From assembly GCA_030704615.1 (NCBI GenBank), contig CM060734.1, forward strand, positions 28,272,001 through 28,336,000: 64,000 nucleotides of DNA, read 5' to 3'. This document shows, piece after piece, positions 38,382 through 51,928 of this stretch; the first letter of the stretch is position 1; every line of letters starts with the position of its first letter. Source of the stretch: Takakia lepidozioides. Its lineage: Eukaryota > Plantae > Bryophyta. A program made the position numbers and the translations under genes. Below the pieces are notes generated by a model. The model made no database searches. It worked only from the letters and a program-made list of their open reading frames with translations, and was not told where the DNA came from.

Positions 38382-38995
38382 TAAACCAGTTTCTACACAC
38401 TCCGTTTAGAGCTGGCTGTCTGAATATTCGAGTAGGTTTACTGTGGGTGACGGTGGCACAACCCCCTGGAACTGAACTACATGCATGATTCAGAGCGGAT
38501 GTGCACCAAGTTTCACCAACCAACCACTCCTTGCTCCAGGTGTTCCAAAAGCAATGCTCTTCAATTGGGAATAAAAGAAGGTTCAGTGATCCCAATTGAC
38601 TATCACTAGGATCTGGTAGGACATGCTGAACAGGGAACAATCAGCCCCCAGCATTTCATAGCATACTCATACTAATACTTCAACATACTTCGCGGAAGGC
38701 AGTAGCCGGGTGACATGACACCATCATTTCCACTTGCTTCGGCAACAGTCTTCCTCTCTCCTCTCTACAGAGTTCACCACCGAAATATTGCTTGAAAGCC
38801 AAGCAATCTTTTCAAACCTAACAGTGCCATAAAGAGTGCTTTTGTACTTTGTCAGTTGGCTGTGCAGCCTGCTCCTTATGCACAGCTTGTTGTTTTCTGC
38901 CTCTACTTTACACTCGGTCTGCTTCTGAAAGATGCCTGGCATTTCTTGTTGCAACTGAAAAAAATTAAGAGAAGTGTGCATTCTAACTTTGGTTG

Positions 38996-41900
38996 TTATC
39001 TCCGACCATGAGACCAGTTGCGGTTCAGGCCAGCAGGCTTGAAATGCGACTGTGGTCCCCTAGCTCGGGCGGGCCCTCCTTTGGGAAGCTCTGTCAAGTC
39101 CATAACTTGCACCACACGTTGCCTCTTTGCTGTACCCCCCCATAAACCAGCACCCATCCTCTGTGTGAGGGAGAGAGATGACAAGCTACTTGAAAGTCAA
39201 AGATAGGTGCACATCTTAATAATATGAAAAAGAACAACATGCAGGAGTAGGGAACTGTAAGATAGGATTCTGATGCTGCAAGCCAGCATACCTGACCTAA
39301 GAACTTCTGCACAAATGCTGGAAAAATCTACCTCGCTCACAGGATAGGATAATTTGGAAGATAAGGGGGTTGTCACCAACCATTTTCTGCCTCCTGGTAT
39401 CTCTCATGCAGTCTCCGCTTCGCTGCCTCAAGCCTTGCTGCCACGCTCATATCCTCAGGCTCTGCCTGCAATCTCTGCCACAAAGAAACACAAAGTAAGA
39501 AGGTAGAGACAGGCAGTTTTGACAAGTTACAGATCATCCACAACACTTCCTGCCCCCTGGGTACTAGAATTCTGACATTGAATTACACATAAGGACGACT
39601 GTTCTGCTGAGCTCCCATGACTCAGCAAGACAAGCTTTACAAACTTATGGAGAGCGAGGTCTGAGATTTAGTACACAAGTGGGGCACTTCAGCATAATAG
39701 AGTGGACACTTATTTTCTTCAAGGGGTTGTTTAATATCAGCTGGTATGTTCCCAGATGTCATTCAAGAACACAAACTACTGCAAAATGACAATTGTCGAC
39801 AATGTGTCGCGTTGATAACGCACACTCAAAGCTGTGCTCCGCAATTTCGAAAAGCTTCTTGTGTGGGATCCCCTCTTTGCTTTTTACTCTCTTTTAGATT
39901 TTCCATCAGTTTATCTGTCTCTGTTAAGACTCCCCTTGTAACACTCTAATATAGAGCCTTATGAGAAAGATAAATAAAGGTTCTGTGGTTCTTATCTTGC
40001 CCTTCACTGGCAAATCATTGATCCAGGCAACACAGACAGATAAAGTGCTCCTATGATTAGTCAGCTGTAAATCATGCTCACATAATTGGCAAAAGGAAAA
40101 GAATATGAGCATCAGGACCCTTAAGAAACTATAAAAGGGTCAAACACCAATATGAACAGAGCCTGAGATTGAGAGTTTCATACCGCAGGTTCAACTTTTG
40201 GTTTGTTCCCTGATGAACTTGATGGCCGTGTCTCTGACTTCCTGACAACCCCATTGCTGCCTCCCTTTGGTGGCAATGTTTTCCGGAGTGGCTTTCCTGG
40301 CCCAGAACTGCCACCAGCAGCATGGCTGAGCCCGTTAGCTGTTCTGCTAATCCCATTCATGCCATCTGCTGCTTTGTGTCCACTAGATACAACTTTGTAG
40401 TCTGCTTCGTAGCTGTCTGATGCAAAAACACTATTTTTCCCCTTCGTAACAAGCGAGTCAGGGCTGCTAGCCCTGACCACTCTGTCACGCTGCTCCCGTT
40501 TGCTAGATGGGGGTGCCATTTCCTCAGAAATGCCGTTGGACGATGGAGGGCTAGGGCCTGACCCAGCCGCTGGTCATAAACCCAAAGCCATTGTCAGCAT
40601 GGGTTAAGTTCAGGAGAGGAACCGGAAACTCTAAAAGTACAATTAAAGCCCTCAACCTACAGTTCTCAATCACTTCACTTGGTCTTTCACTCAGACCAGG
40701 CAAGAAGACACATGCTTACTGCTTTTAGGTTATACAGCATGGCACATGGAGACTTCCCATCCGGAATCAGACTTGGAACCTAATGTAGTGATGATAGCAG
40801 AGGGAACATGGGACTCACATATGTCATCATCCATCAAGTCGTCGAAAAACTGCAAACCAACAAACCCCACAGGTGGGACAGCACAGATGTGAGAAGACAT
40901 CCTGCAATCCTCATCAAGCTGTATCTGCACTGGAAAAACTAATACAGCAGGAATGGAATGGCCCACTAGAAATGTAGAGACAAGGACAGAGAAAGGATAC
41001 CTGGGACATCTCAAGGGAGGCCGTGCGTGCAGCAGCCAACAGAGCACCAGGGTCAAGTGGGGGAGATGGCAACCCATCTTCTTCATGCTCTGTTGGATCA
41101 GAACCTGACTCTGCAGCCACCAGAAGCCTCTGAGGTGGGCGTCTTGTCCAAGGAGCAAGATCAAAACCCATGAGAGAACAATCAACAGCAATGGTGTTGG
41201 CTATGTTGCTGTGTGTGCCCTGCAGCACTTCAGCTCACCGACACTCCTGTTCAGCAAAATTCAAGTGCTACTGGCTGACCATGTAAGGAAATTCCAGCAT
41301 ATGACCATATCTTATGAACCATCTGAACCTACACTCTTTCGGTGCCTAAGCTCCAGATGGCTATTGCATCATCACGGTGGCCCACTTAGCAGGACACCTC
41401 ATGTGAGTATGCAAAGAGGCGTTGACGACCTTTGAAACTATCATAGGAAACGCACATTACCTGCCAAAGAGGCGGCAGCAACATCACCAGCGCTTTTTAC
41501 CCACTCATCTACCAGCTCCTTCCATCCTCTGCAAAGAAATTCACTTGAATGTCAATGACTGGCTTACCCAAACATTCCCTCCCTCATTGGTGAAAATCCC
41601 TAGCCCAAGAAAAAGGTGAATTGGAGATGTTGTAGCTGCCTTTCGCCTTCACATCCAATAATGGTAAGGGTAAGGACAATCTTGAACATCCTAAACAAGC
41701 CTGAAAGGATGTAACCGACATAAAAAGGAAGTGTTATGTTTGCAGAAAACATTGATCTCCTGAGGAAAAAAACACCATTAACAATGAAGTGGTATCCAGA
41801 GTCACAATAAACAAAAGCCTACAAAATAGTGACACGGTGACTTTCCTATAATAGCTGCCCAAAAGTTTTCGGCTACTCCGCGGTATCACATGGGTCAAGC

Positions 41901-43823
41901 TTCTTCCTGCATTCTATCTGGTTGAAGAAGAGAAGTATGATGATAGGCAGTTTAGTAGAAATCAAACTGTCCACCAAAAATCCACTGGGTTCATATGGCC
42001 GGATTTACAGGTAAAATGTGGATGTGTAACTACCGATTGTTATTGTAAAAATTTGAGGTGATGCTCCAAGACTCATCTCTGACATACACGTTTCAAATCA
42101 AACACAGAACATTGCTAAACTACTGTTCTATTACACTCAGATTTCACATACCAACCTTCTATCCATCATGTTGCAGGTCGGTCCAAATACTGGGACTTGA
42201 AGGAACACATCCTTCCCCATGATTGCTTCGAAACAACGAAAAACTAGGGATTTTCAGCCATGCCAAGCATGTACAATTCCACAGAAAGAAGAGAGAATTT
42301 TTACTTGACTATTGACTTGACAAGTGATCGGACACGCTTGGAACCATGTTTGCGCAATGCATTCACTTCCTTGCCAATCTCAGTAGCCTGCATGAATCAG
42401 CCACAAAAATGACAACCATCGTTACAAACCTCGGGGTCATGAGCCACGTAGATCCTTTGCATGACATCAGCATTTGAAAGGACAAGTTTCTATTGACAAT
42501 GTCAATAGACATATCCACACCACCCCTCTTTGGAGGACTTGCAAATCTGGACACTGGCTGTGGACATCTGCTGTAATGCCCATACCAGTATATTTACAGA
42601 GAACAAAGCTGAAGAAACAGTCGCACCTTCAATGCCTCCACAGAAATGTTCATCTCCTGCAGTCGCTGCAAAAACCTCAAGAGCTCCTCCTCTGTCTGCA
42701 TCATGCAGCATCAGCATACCCTAATAAGTTGAACCACCGTTGCTCAGATGACTCCAATCTCCCTACTAGTCACTCCCCCTCAAAAGCCACCAACCAAAGA
42801 AAGACCACAAGGCATATTCTGGCTATGGTCTCCAGTTCAAATCTGCTTCAACAAGCTAAAACATGAATGCCCCATACAATTCCCGGTGTTCACAGGCCCC
42901 TCAATAATAAGATGTACTTTGTTAGAAAGAAGACCCCATCTCACCAACAACTTGCTTCTCTGAGCATTCAGACAAGCCTGAAGGTTACCACCTTGTCCCA
43001 TCAATCTTCCAGGCAATGCTCACCAATTGAGTGGTAGAGTAAGAGCATTTCGTAGGTTCAGTGAGCTTTGTTATACTTAGATCCAGGTACAACCACAAGA
43101 GTAAGCATGGAAAGCAGTGGGTCCACAAACCCGGAAGAGTCTGTACACAATCCTGAAAGCTTCCGATGAAAGCAAGGTGACAACACAAGTTTCCCCCACA
43201 CACTGCCCAAATATGCTACATTTACCAGAAGTGCCTCAGGCTTCACCACCCTCTTCAACCCCATGGCAGCCAATTATACAGTTCAGATCCCTAAGCCACA
43301 GCATAAAGGCATATCCCGAAATGGTACATCACTAGTCGCGCTAGAGACATCACTCTAAAGCACGGCAAAGCCTGATAGGGAGGTCATCCATGTGTGTTTC
43401 AGAGCAAATATGTACCTGTGTTGTATCTGCAATGCTGTCTTTGAGACCTAAAATCTGCTGCATTTGACGACTTTCCTCCTCTATTTCGTCCGTCAAAGCC
43501 TCCGCTTCATCGTACTCGCATGTGCCATCGGCATGCAGGTCCTCATTGTCACTGGGACCATGTCTGTCCTCTTCAAAATCTTCTTCCAACTTCCCATTGG
43601 ACTTAGGTATAGGTGCATTGATAACATCAGATCGGCCTCCGCCATCGCAGTCGCCGGGCTTAGATTTCCGGGAGGATGGGGCAAAGAGCTTCTCAGCAAA
43701 TCCATCCCTTCTTGTGCGCAGTTCATCGGGGAAGTCCAAGGCTGCTATGTCCAAAGCATGCTCGATCACTGTCCAGATATCGGCACCCGCTCCATCAAAA
43801 AACTTGCGCCATCGCTTATTCAT
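38996..43823 (-). CDS. MED26: Mediator subunit 26-like / TFIIS N-terminal domain protein, 9 coding exons
   Basis: GT-AG exons 43823-43416, 42695-42627, 42387-42305, 41528-41461, ~41110-41001, 40849-40819, 40569-40184, 39474-39381 and 39129-38996 splice in frame. Motifs DIWTVIEHAL, ALKATEIGKEVNALRKH..GWKELVDEW, GLPSPPLD, RLEAAKRRLHERYQEAENAKRQR. Confidence 0.9.
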
Positions 43824-45631
43824 GGCCTACACTCTATCTATGATTCTCCCCCTCCGCCCACTAAGCTACTGACGGCAAACGAAGCGGGCCCACAATCAAC
43901 AGCTCACCCTTGTTGTCCCCCTGCTAATATCCCTATGGTCCTAGAGCGTCGAGTACTGGTGTCGTCGACCAGAATGGTGATTAGTTATGTCCTCGACCAA
44001 GTGTTCAGAAGAGACCCGCAAAATTTACAGAGATGAATTGTGACCAGTAGCACCACAACCTCGCGGAAGCTATACAGCGAACCGAATCTAACCACCGCAA
44101 TTGACCATGGGCATTCAGGACTAAAATTTTCCCGATACGATGTCAGCACCGGCAACCAAACGCCGCTCACAACAACCACAGGCCACTCATCATTCTATCC
44201 CATCCTCCTCCAAATTCGATACATTGCAATTGAGCACACGTTCAAATCGAGGGAACCCCCAGACTTTACGTAGTACCCCAGATGTCAGCTGCTAATTTTG
44301 AACCGCACCTCAAAGCTCACCACTCAAGCGATCACAGAGCAACACAAAAGCCACCAATTTACCACCAAAAGGCGTCAACCCAACGAGCCTCAGACGGATT
44401 CCCGCACCCCTGCACTAGGCTGCTCCTACAAACACCGGCAGCCCAAGTGCGCAGCGCAGGTTAGATCGTGGCGACCCCCACAGCCTGACCCAAGAGACGA
44501 CCTCTTCTTCTTCCACCTCAGTTGAGCTCATTAACGAGATACCACGCGATCCCTTGTCCTCGCTCAGGATGCCACAGCCAAGAAGCAATCGCTTCGCTCT
44601 CCGCACGAAGAAAGGATGGGCCAGCGCGCGCACAGCCCCCGCAGCAAGCCCGTTGGTCGCCGCACCATGCCATGCATGGTGGACCTGGTCCTTGAACACG
44701 TGCCTCCAGCTCGCTGCGTGGATCCATGTATCCATCCATGCCGTGCCATATCATGCCCGCACATGCGAAACGCCAGCCGCGTGGATGGCAGCTGCCCCAC
44801 CTCGGCCGCATCCACCCATCACTACGTTCATCTCTTCCTCGTACAGTTTCGGCCCGGACGGCGGATCTGGGATGGATGTCGTCTGCGGCGGCGACGGGAG
44901 AGGATGAACAACATGCGCCCCCCAACAATAATTTTTTTTTTTTAAGTTCCGGAGATTGGGGGTGTGAAAACTATGGTGTGATCAGTCCATCCGTGGAATG
45001 GACCTTTTACTTACTTTGAATTTCCGACATCACAATCACCACACGAATTTCGATCAAAATTGGTCCAAAGAAAGTCATTGGTCCGGGTGGAAGAGACTGC
45101 GAGGGTGAAAACTGCGGTGTACACCGTCACAATTCTTTATTTGGGATTCCAGATATGTCATTCACAATACAAGTTGGTCCGACGAAACTCATGGGTCCGG
45201 GTCGAAGTTTATCTGGTTCTTCTTCCTAGTCAAGAGAAGACCACAAGACTTGCAAAAACGATGCACACGGAAAGTATAACATATGATAGCACAAAGCGTG
45301 TTTTTGGCAGTTTGTGCGCATATATTGCGCACGACAGGAGGATGAATGAATGGGAAAATATTGATGAGATGTGGATGAGAGTCGTGTCTCGGCGTGAAGG
45401 TTCCTAGGTTTGGTCGGTGGGGAGTCAAACAAGGCAGCCTTGGCTAGCCTGCCCGGTGTATTGCACTCTTGCCGTCCGAGTTGCCAATTAGCCCCCTCCA
45501 AGACTGAAAATAAACTCTATCTAGAAGGAAGCTTGGAGGTAGGCAAGCCTCTCTATAATGGTGTCCTCCCAGTGCTACACACCACGCATGCTTCTGAACT
45601 CGGTGCTTAATGCGTGACACAGTACCTTGAT

Positions 45632-46420
45632 TGTTATAATGTTGCTAAACATGCTACCATCTTCTAGGCATACTTGAATACAAGGTGCTTTACTAACAAT
45701 AAACTCTCCTCCCAACCTCGTAGACACCACAACACTCGTGGTTCTTTTTCCCTGAGCTCTAACCTTTCAGACTTGAAGAATCACAACTAGATTTACCCCT
45801 TAACATGTAATTGATTGCTAAGGAGTTATGTCCTTTCAGGTTCTAGCCAATCAACCAATTAGACAATAATTGATAGATAGTTAATATTCTCAATACTCCC
45901 ACTAACTAACAATTATTGCTTCTCAGATCCTGGGACTTTGTCTTCTTAGCTCAACACCCCTGTTGTTCCTTGAACTTGATGTGCTTTAGCTTCGATAAGC
46001 TTTTGGTAAGCATATCAGCAACCATATCTTCAGTGCTGCAATATTTCAGCTCTACGTCCCCACTCCCAATTTTCTCCTGTACACAATGATATTATATCTC
46101 AATGTGCTTGGTTTGGGCATGAAACTTTGGATTTCGGGATAGCACAATGCACCTCTGATTATGACACCAGATCGGCGTTGGACTTGTTTGAGTTTGACCC
46201 ATGTCATTCATTAGCTTTTGTAACCATATAGCATCCTTGGAGGCTCGTGTAGAAGCCATATACTCCGCCTTGGTACTAGATAGTGCACTTACATTTTGTC
46301 TTCTACTCCAGCTTATAGCTCCTGAGGCAAGAAGAAATAATAGTCAATAGTCGATCTCTTGCTATCAAGTTCTCTTGCCCAATCAGAAATCGTAGTATCC
46401 TTCTAGCCGTAGTACACTCA
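45632..46420 (-). mobile_element. Ty1/copia 3' remnant (RNase H, PPT, probable LTR ~45632-45895)
   Basis: GAISWS..ALSSTKAEY..NPKFHAQTKHIEI..DMVADMLTK; AGTGGGAG tract before the LTR-like segment. Confidence 0.8.
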
Positions 46421-47276
46421 CCTCAACTCCACAGTGAACAGTAACATTACAGAGAAAGCAAGAATGTCTTGTTCTTAGCTTGTCAAAGTGGGCTATTTCC
46501 AGACATTTGCCAGAAATATTGCAGATGCAGTAAACCCTGTCTCCTTATCCTGATGCCTAACCCATCTTCAAGAGGATAGCAATATGTCTGTATTTTTCTC
46601 TTCTTCAATGAGCATGCATGGTCCAGTTTGCAGGTATTCTTTGTAGAATGATGCTGATCCTTAAGTTAGAAGGAATTTTCTACTTCGTTCTATGTGGTTA
46701 AGGTTCTCGATTTCCACCCTGCTCCACAACTTTCTCATGAGAGTATGCTACATATATATTCTTGTTGTGGTTTCTATGAAATATTACTGTTGGAGGACGA
46801 TTTTTCAAATTCTTGATGCAGGGAGATAGTGGCAGGTTGTCAAAAGGAAGAGGTCTTACAGAGAAAGGGGTAAAGAAAAAAAAAAAAATAGTCGTGGGAT
46901 GCCCAATGGTTCAAAGGTACACAGGTAGAGATTTGGGGCGAAGGGAAAGAGCCAGATGCTAATACCTTTTGTTTTAATACTACAAAAAATTTGTAGTTGT
47001 CTGTTAAGGAACTTGAAGGGATGGCAGCTTTCAAACCAACGACGCTACCGCGTGAGCCTGGCGCGTGAGCGTGTGAGCGTACGCTCACACAATGATGACA
47101 TGGCGTGAGCCTACGCTCACGCTGCTGACATGGCGCTGATGCTGACGTGGCGTGAGCCTGGTCCAGGTCATGCCACGTCACCACAAAGAAGGTGGGCCTA
47201 TAACCGTGGAGCCCCCAACTGCTGATTTCACCACATGAAGGTGAAACGGATGAAGGGTTTTGGGCTTCTGGAGTTC

Positions 47277-47510
47277 AACCTTCTGTTAACAGGAGCTTCA
47301 TTTCGTAGAACTGAAATGAACCTCGTGTCGACACAAGGGGGATTTGGAGAACTTCAACAAAACCTTGTGTTAACACAAGGTTGTTTTCCTGGAACAAAAA
47401 TGAACTTCGTGTTGACACGATGTTGTTTTCTGAGAACTAAAATCATCCTTGTGTCAACACAAGGAGGATTTGGAGAACTTCAAGTAAACCTCGTGTTGAG
47501 ACGAGGTTGA
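47277..47510. repeat. Six 42-bp tandem units, each with palindrome AACCTYGTGTYRACACRAGGTT
   Basis: Copies at 47277, 47319, 47361, 47403, 47445 and 47487. Confidence 0.88.
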
Positions 47511-47690
47511 TTTGATCATCTGTCTATCTGAAGGTAGTTTCTTGTGTTTGCTAATGAAAAGAGAATGACAAACCAATGCGACAAATGCATTGACCCACGC
47601 ATAGCAAAGATGTTAGACGTCATACATTGAGAGTCACTGGACTTGAACAGTCATTCCATTACAAGTTGTAGTCAAGGAAAACACCGATTT

Positions 47691-50600
47691 TTATGGGCTT
47701 GTATCCCGCTGTAGAAGTGTGTTGACTTCGTTGAAACTCATAGTGGCTTGGTGAATGAAGAAGTCGCGCTTTGGATCACAAACCATCCTTCTCAAGAAGA
47801 CGAAGTAAAGGTGTTTGCACGGTATGAACTTCCCTCTCTTTCCCAAACTACTTGAAAGCATACCAACAAAATCTGGACATGTACAATTGGGAAAATTGGA
47901 AACAGTGATTTCGTACGTCCTGTCCTGCAGCGCAGATGCGGATGAGATCATGGTGAAGACCCGACCATACCCTGGATCAGGCACTTCCATTGTTCCCGCA
48001 ACACGAGCGTGAAGCATTCTGGCGGACTCAATTTTGCCGTAGTGTTCTGCGGTTGGAGGGAATCGTCGAACAAGCTTCCCGTTCCGTCTGGTTGGCCACA
48101 AGTGAGCGTCAGGCGGAGGTACCCGTGAACCGCTTCCACTTGAAGCACCTTCACATGCAATGGAATGTCTAGCTAGGGAGAAACCCGCCTCTTCCAGCAT
48201 TGCAATCTCTCGGTGAGTGAGACCTGTGCCCATCTTCACAGGCCACACGGTTGGTGGAGTAGGCTTCCTTACCACGGAAGGCCTCACTGTACCATGCACA
48301 CATCTCCCACAATCGTCAGCGCAGAACCAGAACTTGTGGTTCTTTGCCTCGCCTTGTCCGTAAGGGAGAAACAAACCCGTGAATGTAGGAGCTGCAGTGC
48401 GTTCTTTCCCTCTGGAGATTAATGATGTACATTTTTCATGATTGGTGGCCCTGATCGCCGCGCATTTCACACGAGATCCAGCACTTGTGCGTTCTATATG
48501 CCAAACCTCGTCCAAGCCCATGGACTCGATTATATGCGGCACCACGTTCTGGTCTTCAACCATTGCAGTGACAATGCTTGATGCAGGGGTCCGGTCTGGG
48601 CCAGAGTAGCCCTCACCTGTGGATGTTCCGCAATTCCATCTCTGATCCAAGGGAACACGTGGGCGTCGAGAAGTTCACCCTGTCCGGCCTATGGGAATCT
48701 GCATCCGATCCGGGAGGGGTGTCCAATTTCCGTTTGCAAGACCCGAATCTCTCTTCGCCTTCCAGATGGGGAACTCTTCCCACGAGAGGGGTGCCATCTG
48801 CACATATGCTCACTGCCCGCGCTATTTTGCTGGGATCCCCTCATCTTCCAGCTGCCCGCAACATCAACTCGCTCCTGTCCGGACCTTTGCCACCAAGGCC
48901 ACCCCTCAAGAATGACCTATATCTGGTTTGCTGCTGCAGAGCACGAATGAGGTCATCGGCCGTCGCCGCATACAAATCTCTCCCTTTTTTGCCGGATTGC
49001 TGCAACCAGCATTGTGCACTGTCTCTGCAAGATTGCAAGAAGGCATGTCCGCCATCTCCTCAATGGACATATGCTGCAAGGAAAAAAAACAGAAAGCCGA
49101 TATTAGGATTGGACCCTGAAAGATATATCCGAAGCACCCAAACGAAGGTGAATACAAACCACTCACCGTTGTCATGGCCGCTCCCCACTGTCGGTAACGG
49201 AAGTGCCAAAATGCGAACCAGTCTTGCAATGCCCTCATGCTGTCCTCCGATGCCGCTCCAGATGAGTACCACCAGGCACGAATTGTCTGGAACAATGTAT
49301 TCGCTTCCCCCATAGTTTTGGCGTCCTTGTACTGGTTGCACAGTTGGCGATGCATAGTCTGCATATCTGGCTTGATGTATGTCTTTGTGTGTTTGTCCAG
49401 GGATTGTGTCTAATGGAAAAGACATGTACGTTCTCTTCCAGGCATTGGCACTTTTGGGTCTCCCGTCCCGAACACAATGCGGACAGCGTTGAAGTTAGCT
49501 TGAGCACTATCGGCCATGAAACCAACGAAATTGGGAGATGGGAGACCATTGGAGGCCATAACTCGAATGAGAGCTTCCCACATGAGCTGTTGTGAATCTG
49601 TGTCCTCTGACTGCATGTCACACACTGCAATTGTCATGACCCGCTGGTACACAGGGTCGTAAACATGACATGCCATTGTGGTCCAGTCTTTAACCCTCTT
49701 GACATGATCGAACATAAGGAAGCAGTTGCCAAGATCACCACCCTTCTGCATACGTTTAACCAGGCTGACCCCGCTGCCCTCACCTTTTGTGGACATTTTG
49801 AACAAGAACACTTTCCTGGCTCCTTGTCCCGGGAAAACGCTGTCTTGGATGTAGTCATACATGCTCCTTTTCTTCAAATCCATAATATTGTCCATATAAC
49901 CTCGGCTCCCAGAGCCCATTCTTAAAGCGTTCACCTGATTCCTAATGTTTGGAGAAGTCAAAGTTGAGAAATGGTCTATAACAGTGTCCAAAGCCAATCC
50001 CTCCAGTATTCCTCCAACCGAATTTGATGCACACAGAATACGGCTTTCCAGAAAGGACTTGCTCGCCCCCATGGCAATTGCAGATGTGGTTCCAGTTGGA
50101 TTGGTATCCAACTCTTGCCTTATCAGACGCGAGACTGTGTCAACGCTCTCCCTATAATCCCCCTTGGACACAGGGTGGTTGTGAAAATCGAAATGGACAC
50201 AGGCTCTAGTCAGGGTTTTGAATCGATGCACCACATAATACATTCTGGCGCCACACAAAGCAAGGCAGCAAGGTGGTACCCTACAGAACTTGCACACAAA
50301 AGTGTTACTATATGGTGGTGTCCCCCCAGGCTTGAATGGATTCTCACTGACACCATCCCATTCGCTTTGGTTTTGCACACCTGACAATGCGAGTGTCTGC
50401 ATTTCATGTTCTCGCATTTCAGGTGCCCATTACAGACTGTTCGCCTGAATATGAGTTTGTCGTTGTTGTGAATATTGGAGGTTTTTGTGCGGCACCAAGG
50501 GTGCCCATCGTGCTTTTTGTCCATTCCTTCCAGGAGACTAGAAATGCCCCCAAGCGACCAGGAGGAGGCAGCTCGAAAACAGTATTACCATCAAAAGATT

Positions 50601-51135
50601 CCGGCAAGAATGCCACCCTCTGAATATTGAAAGTGCGCCAGTCTATCCCCCTCAACTCACTCTTGAATCCTGCCATCCCTCCCATGGCTTTCAGTTTAGG
50701 AATGACACTGGTGATCTCCTCCACATCTGCTTCTACAGGTGGACATGGCTGATCCACGGGCGGTATTGCACATGTGTCATCGGAGGATGAGTCCGAAAGC
50801 TCAACTACAGTGTTAACGGTACTCGTCTCCTTCTTGACAACCACGGGTGTTTTCTCCTGGGCCACTGATGCTGTCGTGCCAGGAGTAACGAAAGATCCTG
50901 CAGACTGTCTCAGAGGGGCACTGAGCACCCTGTATCTGCCTGGAGGCACTCTCCATTGTGTGGCTGGTGCAGTATGCGAAGGTTTCTGGAACACGTACTT
51001 GAGCAGTTTTCCATTGGCATCGTACACTTCCCTTTGAAGGAATAGAGTTCCATTTTCCAACCGAAACTGCGTTGCGAGGACGTGTTCATGCACCAGCGCA
51101 AAACCATCATCTTCCACCTCGTAAGAAAATGGCAC
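47691..51135 (-). pseudogene. MULE-type transposase with GCM/WRKY-like N-terminal domain and SWIM finger
   Basis: WCRTKTSNIHN..RRTVCNGHLKC..CKFC..HFDFHNHP; LMFDHV, FMADSAQANFNAVRIVF..CLFH, SCNLAETVHN; CTCPDF..PCKH. Frameshifts and a probable Trp-to-stop at 49410. Confidence 0.8.
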
Positions 51136-51928
51136 AGGGTGGTCCTCACTAAGAAGTCCGCGTCAAGGGAGCCCATGGCCTGGGAGGCCATATGTCGATG
51201 TTGCTTCAGAAAGTAGAGTTCACAGTCCGACGGTGCTTGTGAATGCAAATTGTGTGGGAGCGGAGTTTTTGGCGTCCTCACAGAGAATTGCATGTATCGC
51301 TCCGGCTTGCAGATCTCCTAACGCGGGTTTCCACTTTTGTGAAATGTCTCCCCATGCAAACCAAGCGCATGGTCACAGAGTGCCCAAATACGGAGTACTT
51401 AATGTCAGCCCTAATCCTAGAATCCAACTGTTTTTTCACAAGTGCCCCACCAGTGCATCGTTGACAGATTGACTAACAGAGCCGCCGTTTGGTTGTCATG
51501 TCAGAGAGCCCAGAAGAGATGCCCATTTCCATTTAATTTTAACGGCACCTGCACCGCTGTACAACTGTACATACTTGACATTCCTTTGGAACATGCCAGA
51601 ATAATGAACTTTTTCAGATGGGAGGTGATTAGACCCCAACGGTTTTTGAATGGATGAGGATCCAATGATCTCCGCCGATATTTCATAACGATTAGATGGA
51701 CACGTGTTCGCCATGCATGTGGAATGAGTCAGTGGCGCACTGAGCGAACATCTTGGCGTTGAAGGCCTTGCGATGAACCTCCCATAGTCCTCTTTTTTCC
51801 CTCTTCTCGTTATTGTCTTTGCAACCCTGGATTCTGCAGAGACGGTGACCCCATTCCGAGGGAGAAGCAAGCGTCGAAGAACACTTTATTTCACATCAAA
51901 GAAGCAAAGGGCACGCGCTAAGGAGAGG

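Noticed and set aside
44282-45500. Several GC-rich ORFs upstream of MED26
   Set aside because: No recognisable motifs; probably promoter and 5' UTR.
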